64,000 nt of DNA from Stylophora pistillata (lineage: Eukaryota), in contig NW_019217813.1 of the NCBI RefSeq assembly GCF_002571385.2, positions 326,130 through 390,129 of the forward strand, given 5' to 3'. The translations under genes were made by a program, and so were the position numbers. Positions 24,713 through 37,300 of the stretch are shown in pieces (position 1 is the first letter of the stretch; the number at the start of each line of letters is the position of its first letter). The notes beneath the pieces were generated by a model, which had not been told where the DNA came from, searched no databases, and worked only from the letters and a program-made list of their open reading frames with translations.

Positions 24713-25861
24713 TTTGAAGATGGCGTTCGGCAATATGATTTATAACATAACCAAAGTAAAGCGCGCGCTCTGATTGGTCAATTTAGCGTTCCCCAAAACG
24801 GGGAGTTTTCTTTAGACCGGATTCTTTGTTCTTCCATTCTTCGGATGACAGTATTCTTCCTGAAGTATAAAATATTAATGTAATTAGGGAATATGCTTAC
24901 TTTCCATGTGGACGAAAACTAAAATTTAAAATTCTGTATGATCGTTTTACTCCTTGACGCAATTATCAAAAAAGTGAAAACATCAAGTCTTTCAGATGTT
25001 ATTTACAATGAGGCAAAAGGCCAAGGAGTAAGAGCAGTCACACCTCGACATGGCTGCATTCAAATACAGAATAAAGCACCCGATAGATTTAGCAAGCAAA
25101 ACATTTTTATTTTAGCGTTTTACTAAAAATACTTTACGATCATCAATTTTGCTTCTCTTGAAGCCAACACCATAATTCAGTATAATTTCGAGTTGAAGAA
25201 GCGCTCAGACCAAGCAACCGATTTGTGCTACGTCGTCAAACTGAGGTAATACGATTCTTCTAGGTCTATGAAGGAGTTTAGGGCGATATTTCCAAAGGTA
25301 AAGCTCACCTGCTGTTGAAGTGACGTAAAGGTGCTTTCGTTGCTCTTCTTTACAAGGCCAGCGTGTTCTTCTTTCCAGAGCAAACACTATGTTTAACACA
25401 ATGGACGATACGTCTTCACCCTACGACGGACCGCGTGGTTTGCTGAAAATTCTACAACTTTTGATGAATATGGATTAACAACTGCAGCCAATAATCTACT
25501 GCTACGTCACAGATCTGGCGCGAAATCGGTTCTGCTTGCACGCTGAGCCAGCTAATCAAGAGCCAAGCTTAATCAACGGCATCGTGAGTGACGGCTGGGA
25601 AAAAAACATGAAGAAATTTAACGCATTGTTTTTCTCTCATGAAGGAAAAACAAGATTAAAAGTACACAAAATGAATCGAAAGCGCTGCCATTTTATCAAA
25701 CAAGGAGACAGCGACCGGCAGCACGACGCATCGAGATCCAGTATTCCATAGAGTTAAGACTAATGCAAGTAAAATAATAATTGGTAAAATAAATTTGAAA
25801 GGTTGTGGAGGAAAATGGTTTTTCGTCTTGACTCGCGCGTGGGAGACAAATAGGTATCCGT

Positions 25862-25932
25862 CTCCACGAGGAACCGAACTTCAAAACTTCAGATTTCGCA
25901 CTCCAATGCTCTACCCCTGAGCCACAGAGACT
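25862..25932 (-). mobile_element. Degenerate tRNA-derived repeat/SINE head
   Basis: Reverse complement agtctctgtggctcaggggtagagcattggagtgcgaaatctgaagttttgaagttcggttcctcgtggaga has A-box- and B-box-like elements, but the stems are decayed. Confidence 0.45.
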
Positions 25933-26073
25933 TCACAATAAGGTATATGATTAGAGGTACAGGATTACCAGCTCCAAATATGTGATGCGTTTAATATACA
26001 GCCGCGCTTAGCAATGTCGAAAGCGCCATTTGTGGGAACAGAAAGAGACGGTGATAAGACGAATAAATATCTT

Positions 26074-26198
26074 TAGCAAGATTTCCATATAACCCCATAC
26101 ATTTTTTACGCATAGAGTGTTGCGAAGAAACCTTTATAGTTAGTCGTTATGAAATGGAATGCATAATTAATGTATGGGGTTATATGGAAATCTTTCCA
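26074..26198. mobile_element. TGG..CCA palindromic MITE, copy 3
   Basis: Same TIR and core as 23619-23743; flanks tatctt/catctt. Confidence 0.8.
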
Positions 26199-28352
26199 CA
26201 TCTTTTCCTTCCACTTTGCTGATGTTGTGAGGTAAAATTGGAAATTGTTATTTTGAGACTTTTTCAGTTAAGCTTTTTGTTTTGTTGAACCTTCCCTTTT
26301 GCGCCTACGTATTATTTTGGTAGATCTATAGTTTTGATCTTTTATTTTTAGTGAGTGCTTGAACTTGGCTCAGTTCGCGGATTTTCTTCTTACCGTGCTA
26401 GACATTTTAATCGCTTGTTAAGGTTGAGAATTCCTGTGCGCAGTTGTTAGCGTTCAATTGGTTCCTTGGCGCTCGACAAGTCCTTCGGTGAGGGCCAACC
26501 AGTTTCCCCCTTTTTTGCAAAATAACGGATACACTGCGGAAACTCTAATGATCAGCTAACCCAAACATGTCTACGATTTTCCTACTTAAAGCGTTGGTTC
26601 CTCACGCTAGAGCATGATTATTAGATGCATAGAGCGTTGCTGTAGTAGCTCTCCAGAAGAGAATAAAAGAAGAAAAGTACAGAGTCATGGCACCTCTTTT
26701 TAATTCGTCCGAGCGAGCTGTAAAAAACCCGCCTGACACTGACTTCAAAATTTACAATTAATGAGAGGTTGCTCGAAGTTCTTGTTTAACTCTTGAAAGA
26801 GCGACGTGCCTCTCTCACCAGCTAACCCATGGCCAGTTTAAGAAAAATGCATTCGACCAGTTTCTTTCTCTAACAGTACGAATTGTGGTCATATTTTTTG
26901 GATTTTCCAGGCTAGCAGAGTAACGCGCGAGACGAGAAAGAAAGCGCGAGGGAAGAGATCCGCGCAAGTGGAAGATCGCGAAAAAAACCTCTACTTGTAG
27001 GTGTTTTGCCCCGAGCGCTTTCATCCGCTCGCGTAAAACACTTGAAAATACAAAATTGGCCCCTATTCCATAAGACAGGGCCTCGTCGACCTCAGGGAGC
27101 CTTGTCCGGCATATTGAGACTTATTACTTAACAAAGAAAGAAGCATCGATTGTGGTCTGTTATATGTTAAAGAGCGCGCGGGAAGTGGCTTGAGCATGAA
27201 GAAGTGTAGGGGGAAACACGAGATGTAGTTTTCCTTTTTCTTGAGTGCTTTAGCCGCTTCCAAAGTTCTTTTTTTTTTTTATAGTAAGTTATACATCAAT
27301 TTCCCCACGCATTCGTAAAGTTTAATTTATTGTTTAATCTAATATCTTCCACACAGAATACATTTTGCGGAGCTCTGAGTAACGGAAATAAAGCAATGCG
27401 AATTCAATGAAAACACTCTTTAAGCACTCAATGTTGTTTATGTTTTATATTCTAAGCATGTAGCACTCAAGGTTACTTCCAGATTCTTACTGACTTAAAT
27501 GAACACCAGAAAAACTCCTCTGTTTACATTGAGAAACAAAACTTAAGGTGGTAATAAATTCACACTGTAGAAAAGAAATACCCTCAAAACTTTGTTCAGG
27601 GTGTTTAAATGATTATAAAGTTCATTCATGCAAAACAAACTTCCCATTTTTACACTCATAACGAAAACACTCTTTGATTAATGGGATTATGCTAAGTATG
27701 ACACACAATGCTATGGAATTCACACATTCTAGAAAAAAAATCAAAACAACGACGACTGTTGACAAGCCAAACACAACAGCCATGCAACAATCATCTTACA
27801 CTCTAAAAGCCTAATAACCTTACACATAAATTCAGTCGAGTGCGCTACTCATCTTATTCCAAAAGAGTTTATGTTTTAACAAGCAGTGTATGATCTTCCT
27901 GAAAACTGTTTCGCTTAAAACATCCATCGACGAGTGTTGAAGTATTCTTGTGAATATCCTCTTAGATCTAATTTTCTCCCTGCTGATTTTAATATATTTA
28001 TTACTTTAGGTGCTGTTCTGAATTAATGGAATGAAAGATCTACGGAATCGCAGGAAGATACTCTACCAATTGCAAACGAGTTATGTATCGGCACTTAACA
28101 ACCATGAGAAGGTCACAACCGTTGAAAATCAAAACTATCTAGACGTCGACATCCACTTGCGTACTGTTCATTGGTTAGTGCAAAACATCATGTGTTATTC
28201 AAGTTCCTGTTAAGTGGCGTGTTTAAAAAGCATAAATATTCATTAAGATAACGTATTTAATAATAAACTAAAACCTTTGCATATCTACTGAAGAAAAAAA
28301 AATCAAATTTAAATATACGCTAATTATTTTCGAGTCAGTGTTCTCTATCAAA

Positions 28353-31300
28353 TCACAGTGTAGTCTCCTCCTCTCCGTCAAGCAACACTCCGCCAGCAGG
28401 ATCTCGAACCAACGGTCTTCGCGTAACTCTTGGTGTATCTTGCAGGCTTTCATCCATGTCCGGTTCAAAGTCGTACTCGTCCAACATCCGCCTCGCGGAA
28501 TCTGCATGAGGGTGGTGACCCTCCTCTCCAGCAACGTACTTATGCGATCTTTCACATCCAGCTTCATGAAGGTAAATCTGCTCCACTTCGGACTTTCTGC
28601 GCTTTCTTCTTCGACACATCACGATAATTATGATAAGCAAAAATAAAAGGAAGAGTAGTGAAGATACAGTAATAACAATTATCTCTGTTGGAGTGAGTTT
28701 GGTTTGTTTTTCTTCGCCTGGACAGCGCAGGAAAGCGTCGTAGGTTCCGTGTAGCAGGCACTCTTTTATTCCAAGGACCTTTTGGCAGTAAAAACCGAAG
28801 AGACTTACAGAAAGTTTGTGGTGTGCAAGACTGCCTGAATCGGCAATGTCCGTAAGGCAAGACTCGTAGTAAAACAGAGCTTGTGATACCAGTGTCGGGC
28901 TGCAATGTTCCTGTAGCTTTCCTTCATAGAATGACTCGTAACACTTCTTTAGGGCCTCCTCTTCCAGAGTTTTGTTAAGGAACGCAAGACTGTAGTTCGC
29001 TAAGGGAGTCAAGTGCACCCCTGACGGGGCCCATCCAGGGGAGTCTCCAGAATGAATAAACAGATGAATATTGGTCATATTAACGACTTGAGCCTCGAAT
29101 AGAGAGAGTGCTTCTTCAGTAGGAATCGGACTATAAAGGTGCCCCACCGTCGTTTGCCCCACTCCTTCGTCAAAAGGTATGCTTAACAACAGTCCTTCGC
29201 GGTAATCCTCGAACTTGACGCTCATGGACATCCTGATTTGTTCCATCGTCTTTGCATATTGCCACACCTTAAACTCGTCCAACGCACCAAACATGTCGTA
29301 TTCACTGTCTACCATATAGCCTCGCATGTAACGTCCTAGAACAAACAGACCATTGAAAGAGAATTGCTTCCCATTTTTTACCCCATATCTTGTTGATTGA
29401 CGATGCTGTCCGTTTGAATAAACGAACGCTTGCATTCGGCCATCGATCCTCCTCCATGTTACAGCTAAATGAGTCCAAACTCCTTCGTAAAGGTTAATAC
29501 CCGTTATAAATTTCTCCTTGTCCCATTTCACCTGTAGTCCGTCTTTGTAAACTATTGCAAAGTCCCTAATAGCGTTGGCAACAGAGAAAACTGCGTGACC
29601 CCCGGTGACAGGTTCAGTGGTGTTTCTCTGGTCCGTGGTACAGAGTGAAGCAACGCTAACGCCTGCATTCGTCAAACAGACCCATCTTTCAATAGTAAAT
29701 TCATCGAGAACTGGTAAACTTGTGTTGCTTGCATACATAACAGCAGTGTTACCAGATGAGAACTCCAACATGTAACCAGCTCCAGAATAACTACGCCAAG
29801 CATATTTTGTTGTCAAGAAATTGTCCTTTTCCATGATTCTGAACCGTGTAATCAGTTGTGTTTCAATCGTTGCTTGGGTAAGGCCTTGCTGATCTTTTGT
29901 GCTATTGTTAGAGGTATCAGGTACAAGGTTCTCCGATTTAAGGCTTTTGTTTCCTTGTTGTCTTATCCAAATACTCTCCTTCTCGCCACAGATGCCATCT
30001 GTTTGATCTTTCTGCTCTAAAACTTCAACTGCCGTTCCGATGGTTCCGTAATAGGATAGAATGTTAAACTGGATTTCCTCTTGGATGCGAACTTCCAGGA
30101 TGTTATCCGTTAGCCAACGGTATTGGATATCTGCATCCTCGACCCATTGATCAGACTTTGAAAGCTCCTTGGAGGTGTTGCTTGTTAAATCAAATAAACT
30201 ACTTGCTACTGTTTCTAAACCGTTGTAACGAACAGACAGCTCTCTTTTCGCGGTGCGCAGGGCAACCTCGCTGATTCTTCGACAGGACACTCTATTGTTG
30301 CATGGAACTATCAGCACCTGTGCAACTACAACCGATGAGTTGAAAAGGTGGTACGCCCCGGGAGCTTCGAAGTGAAAGTTTACTCCTGTAACGCTCGTAA
30401 AATGAGGATCACCAAAGTTGATTGCAATTCTGGGGATAGAGGAATTCTCCAGTATGGAGGAATCCTCTGCAATCGCACAGTCAGCTCCTGTCCAACCAGG
30501 TGTGCACTTGCTGCAAGGTATTGGCGGGATGGAATTGTTTTCAACGATTGGAGCGGTATATTCAGCCGATGTATTTCCTTTCCAGTGTGATTCACACTCG
30601 CAGGTACCATTAGTTACACTACAGACACCGTGTCCGTTGCAAGTTTCTCTCAACCCACCTGGACATAGATTTGCACAGTCCACTCCCCAATAGTTTTGTT
30701 CGCACTTGCAAGAGACGCCATCCGTTGAGTTTATATCTGGGATGGGATACCCGAATACGCATCGTGTATTACAACTTGAGCCAATCCAGTAGGGAAATCT
30801 TTGGTCGACAAAGTGATGACAAAGTTCCTTCGCTGGCCACTCGCTTAGATTGAGATCGTTCTGACAATGGTCTGCAAACGTAACCACGGGATAAACGGCC
30901 GAACGTAACTGAGACGACAGCGAAATGTCGTGCAGGCACACTTTGTAGTGGAATTGTGCTACCTGGATACCGAGATCTTCACACTTAGCATACAGCGGTC
31001 CACTGAGGATAAGGCTAAAACAGAAGGATTCTGCATCTCGCTGCAAGCTTAGGTTAACAAAAGCTGTTTCTTCCAGGTTCACGCGAGGAATATCAGCATC
31101 TGAAAACGTCCACTGCGGCTCATGAAACTTCGTCACAAATAGATCATTTTTTCCAAGTAAGTCAAGAATGATTCTTCCGTTAGCCTGGTTGAACTTCCAA
31201 AGGTGAAGCAGATCAGGGTAAATGCCAGTCTGTACATTCAGTCTCCAATTACTTTTCACGAGGTCTGAGTTCGTCCGTCGCTTCCAGATACGAAACTCGT

Positions 31301-34300
31301 CGATTTCACCAACAAAACTTGATTGAGGAAGCATGCTGTCTGAGCTGGGTGATGGCTGCCACTGTCCCAATACCAAGAAGCCGCCGTCTACGAAAACGTT
31401 TTTATCCAACTTGAATACGCGGACTTTAACTGCACCAGTGGAACTGACGTGGTAGAAGTAAAGAGTCCCAACGAGTTGCTTGAAGACAATTGTGAGTTGA
31501 TTCCACTGCTTGATCTCTAGTTTAAGCCCGGTATCATAAACAGTGCCTTTGTAGATAATTCCCAGTGTTGTATTATCGATTACAGCAAAGATATTTTGGC
31601 TTAAATACGAGAAGATGATCCCTCCTGTTTGGTGGGTTTTTATGAGCAGTTCAACTGTTAGCACATCAACAGGAGGTAAATGTAGGGGGCCAGAGCGCAC
31701 GGAGTGATCCCTGAAAAATAGATTGAATCCTGCACCAGTTGGACTTCGGTATTCAGAGTAATGCAGATACTTGTAAATGAACAATGTTTGTAACTTGTCA
31801 ACTACTGAACTCTGCTTCAGAGATGTGATGTGCGCTTGAAGACTGCTCGAGTTGTTAAAGGAGGTGCCGGTGCATGCACCAAGAAGGCCTGTTGAGTTTT
31901 GGCAGTACATAGCTGGCAGGTGAATAGTTACGGAAAGACTATTTCCCAAAGTTATACCAAACTTGACATCGTTTAGACCGTAGATCTCAAACGCGACCGT
32001 GGAGATACGCACCATAACAAAGTCAACCGATAGTTGCGTTCTGTGGTCAACTTGTACAAAATTTCCATTCAACCAAACAAGAGGAAAGATAGGAACTGTT
32101 CTTGAAAACGTAGTAACCGGCGCGCGGATGACAATAACATTACGATTCAGACTAAACGAGAAACCTGTCGTGCAAAGCGGGGTGTAACTGCCATCGACTA
32201 TACATGGTGTTTGTCGAAGCTGGATGACGAAATTCTGGGAAGCAGACTGCAGTACATAGAACTCACCAACCGCTCTGTAAGTAAAACTGACACCAAAAAA
32301 TGTTGTAAAGTAGCCATTTCCTCCTATAGATGCAACAAAGACGTTTTGCGATGTTATACCGGTGACACGCTTGACGGCAAATTGACAGTCTGTTCCATTC
32401 CATCCTGGACTACAACTGCTACAATTTTCGTCACCTTTCCAGTTCACTTGGCATTGACATTGTCCAGTTGTTCTATCACACCAACCGTGTCCTGCACAAA
32501 TATTTAGCAGCCCACCAGGACATATCTGCGAACAGTCACTCCCCCAGTAGCCTTCCATACAGATACATCGGTTACGGTCATCAGGATCCGCAACACCAAA
32601 AACGCATTTCACGTCACACCTATCTCCAATCCATAGTGGGAAGTGGGATCCAGGGAACTTATTGCACAGTGACTGAGCCGGCCAGGTAGTAGAGTTGAAG
32701 ACAGCTTGACAGTGATCAGCGAAGGTAACTACAGCTGTCAGGGCTGCACTAATGTAACTAGATGTTGCAATGTCTTTCAGGCAAACAAGATAATGAAACT
32801 CCAGCTCAGATTTTAATTGGCCGTGGCACTGGTCATGAAGTGTACTCTTGTAGAACAGCTCGTAGCAAAAGGTCTTTGCCATCCTCTCTAATGTCTCATT
32901 GGAAAAGTGCATTTCGAATGGTTGATCGGAAGATGTTAAGTTTGTTTTGATGTCAGCATCAGAAAATACCCAGTGAGGCTGTTGCCATGGTGATCTCGGT
33001 AGATAGATGTGTTCGTCGGTCAAAAGATTTACTATGATATCACTTTCACCTTCGTTCATTTTCCAAAGCCCAGAGAGGTCAGGATGAGTCGGTACAACAT
33101 TCATTCGCCAGTTCTGAAGTATGAATGCAGGATTAAAAGCTCGCTTCCATACACGGATCTCGTCAATGGTGCCAACGAAAGATGCGACTATATGAGCCTC
33201 GCTGTCTCCAGGGGATAGCTCCCATTGTCCAAGGGAAAGAATACCGCCCGGTAGAAATGGATTTGACGAGAGCACGTAGGATCGTCGTTGCACTTTTCCC
33301 TGAAAGTTGAAGTGATAAAACTCTAGCACTCGAGACTTGTGGTACCAAACAAGTGATACGTGGTTCCACTGGTTGATAGTCACGTTCACGCCCGTATCAA
33401 TGATCGCTTTTCCAAAGTGAATTCTAAGAGAACTTTCAATAGTAATTGCAAACGTTTGTAAGACTGCATAGGAGAAGATTGTTCCACCGAACTGGTATGG
33501 CTGTAGTAGAATTTCAAGCGTTATATCTGCATTGAAGTTGAACGTTTTTATCAGTGGTTTCGACGACGCCCCTGACTGATTAAACAGAAGAGCATAGATA
33601 CCTCCTGTTGGTAGTCGTTTCTCGTGGTAATGCTTATATTTTAGAACGATCACTCTGTCTTTTTCATACACAAAGGCATGACTTCTAATTTCTGTATTTA
33701 AGACAGGCTGAGAGACATTTGTTGGTACTATGCTTTCGTTGAAGCTAGCTTTGAAATCGTTGTTAGGCTCGTTGTCGCAGGATCCAAGTAGGCCTGTTGA
33801 GTTATAACAATAAGGTGACGTAACGTCGACTATAAAACTCAAGTATCGTCCATGAATTCGAATACCCATGGCAAAATTGTCTCTCCAACTAATTTGATAG
33901 TGGTTCCGCCCCTTGTAATTCAGTAAGATGCCAAGATGTGGTGATCCTAGTGTGGTAATCAGTCCTGAAAGAAGTAGAAGCTTTCCATTGACCCAGATTA
34001 ATGGAGCTCCACCGGTATTATAAGGAGCGTGAAAAGAAACTTCGGTCGACGAAATCCGTATTCCAATGGAATTAACACAAACCGTCTGATGTCTGCAGGG
34101 CACGTGGCGAACTTGAACCTGGAATGACAGGTGAGGTAGATTCATCAGATAAAATTCACCCAAGGACACGAGAGTATAGCTGTAGCCATCAAACGAGACA
34201 TAATGGCCGTCAGTCGATGAAATGGCGGTGGAGGTTTGACGGTTAAGGTTGAGTGATACAAGAGCCAAGGAACAGTCGAGGCCACTCCACCCTGGAGAAC

Positions 34301-37300
34301 ACTTGCCTCAGTCCTGGGTTCCATTATAATTAACAATACATTCACACTCTCCTGTGATGACATTACACAGTCCGTTGTTGTTACATGGGTTCGCAGCTCC
34401 GCCAGGGCAAGCATTTGTGCACTCCAGACCCCAGTAGCCGTGGTAGCATACGCATGTCTCAGAGGCCAGCTTCTTACCGTAGACACATTTTTTGTCACAT
34501 CGCTCTCCGAACCAAATGGGAAATTCTCTTCCAGGGAATTCATTACAAAGATGTTTCGCTGGCCAGACTGTTAAGTTGTTGAATGTTTGACAGTAATCGG
34601 CGTACGCTATAATAACTTCCATTGACATGTACAAGGACTCGAAGGTCGCGATTCTTTGGAGACACGACCTGAAGTAAAATGTTGACACGCCAGGTCCCAA
34701 GGATTTACAATTCGAATGTAATGTGCCCATTAATATTGTTCTGTTGCAAAATTGTTCCGCAGCTACTTGTAAACTTTAGTTGGTAAAGTTGAAATGTAGT
34801 GGTCTATCGTAGAAGGGCATTTGCAATACTGCATCAGAATATCTCCATTCTGGTTTTCTCCATGGCTTAAAAGGAAGGTCTAACTTCATACCAGTTACTT
34901 TATCGATCGCTGTAATTCCTTCTCCTTCGTTAAATTTCCATGCGTGCGCGAGGTCTTGGGCTTTTACGCTTACCGATCTGTTCCAAGTGTGCAGTATGAA
35001 CGCAGGATGGAAATACCGTGTCCATATGCGAACTTCATCTATGAATCCAGCAAAGAAATCAGTTGGTTGAGTTCCGGATCCGTCGAGAGATGGCATCCAA
35101 CCAGCCAAAGCAATTATTCCTCCTGGTGTAAAGATATCAACTCCCATGTTTAAGTCAAGGCGATGTAGCTGGCCTCCAGACGAAAAATAGTAAAAATGCA
35201 AGACTGTGGTGGATTTTCTGAACACCAGACTGACCTGGTTCCATTTGTTAAGCTCTGCAGCTATGTTTGTATGGTAAACATTGTCTCCATAGAAGATGGT
35301 GAACTTTCCACCTGTGTTCGTTACGAAGAATGTCTTTCTCAAGGTATAAGATATTATTACCCCGTAACGCACCGTTTTAAACATGATCTTAACAGATAGG
35401 TCTGTGAATGAGAATGCTTTGTAGATTACATCAGACACAACAGTAGTTTGGTCGAAGTAAAGCACATATCCTGCATTCGCTTCTCGATATTCTACGACTT
35501 CCCCATATTTGTACTCAAACAAACTATGGCATTCCTTCACCTTGAGCTTGGTGGTTATAAGAGTGTTAATGACATCTTGGGTCTTTGCTTTGGTATCAGA
35601 GGCATTCTTTTCACCAAGGGTGTCACCTTGACTAAACACATTGGGATGGTTTCGACTTAGGTTTAACATAAAGCCTTCTTCAGAACAATTTTTGGTCGGA
35701 TAATACGACATAAGCGATTCTAGTAGTCCTTGGTTACAAGCGCCTAGTAGGCCAATGGATGACTTGCAAACCAAACCCGATGCCTCAACACTTAGACTTA
35801 GGAAGCGCCCAATAACGCGTATTTTTAGGTACAAACCAGTGTATTTCACTTCCCACAGTTGAGCTGTGATTTTGCTGACAATCAAACCGTAGAGTTCATG
35901 AGTGATTGGATGCAAATCTATATCGATGACTTTTCCGTTTAACCATATGATCAGGCCTCTACCAGCACTGTATGGTCCATGCAAAACTACTCTGTTAGAT
36001 TCAATTTGCAGTGCAATAGAATTTATACATGATTCTTGTTGAGTGCAAGTTACCAGGCGAATTTGCACATTTACAGAGACGTGAATGGAGTAAATAAGAT
36101 AGTACTCCCCAGTCACTTGCAAGCTGTAACTAACCCCATTGAGTGATGTAAATTGCCCGCCAAGCAATACTGCACCAATGCCTATTACGACACTGCCGGA
36201 TGGCCACTGAGTGACTGCTATTGAGCAGTCTGTTCCAGCCCAGCCTCGAGTACAAGTTGAACAGTTTTCATTTCCTTGCCAATTAAGCTCACAAGAACAC
36301 TTGCCAGTGACGACATCGCAGACTCCATGACTGTTACACGCGTTACCTTTTCCTCCTGGGCAGATGCCAGAGCAGTTCGTTCCGTAAAATCCAGGATCAC
36401 ATACACAGACTTCGCTTTCGTTTGCAGCTTGACCAAAAATGCAAGGGATGGTACAGTTCCTTCCAATCCAGTTGGGAAAACGCTTTCCAGGAAATTTGTT
36501 GCACAAAGACTGAGCTGGCCAATGAGGCAAACCAAACAGTTTTTGGCAATAATCTGCGATTGTTATTACGACATCAATTGATTCAACTGTCAATCCTGTG
36601 TCCACTACTGCTTGAACACATGGGCGGAAGTAAAATTCTAGTGTGACATTGCCTAAGGCATCACAAGCTGAACGGATTGGTCCCTCATATATGAACTGGA
36701 AACAAGCCTTGATGGCGATTGTACGTAGAGTGGCATTATTTTCATTTGGGTTCACTGCGACAACAGAGGCTATTGGGGCATCAGAGAAAACCCATTCTGG
36801 CTTGCCTAATGGATACCTTGGGAAGAGTAGAGTAACACCAGTCACCAGGTCTTTAAGGATTGAATTCTTGCCCTCATTAAATTTCCACAAATTTGTAAGT
36901 TATGGAGCACCCGGTTGAATATTTGATCGCCAGCTTTGTTCAACCAATGCATAATCGAAGGGTCTTGCCCACACGTATACTTCATCTATTTGACCGAGGA
37001 AGAAACTGGTTGGCTGGATGCTAATAGATCCAGAGGCCGGTTGCCACATGCCTATAGCAAATGTTCCTACACTAATGAAAGGGTCGATAGAAAAACTAAA
37101 CTTTCGCACTTGCACAAGCCCAGATGAAAATGTGACGAACACAAAGAGTTGAAGCCTCTCACGGACAAATACTACTGTAATTTGATTCCACCTTTCTGCT
37201 TCAGTGGCAATGCCGGTGTCAAAGACGTCTAATCCAATAACAACCTTCACTGTTACATGGTTGCTGACGTAAAGCGTGACATTCGATGCAAAGGAGATCA

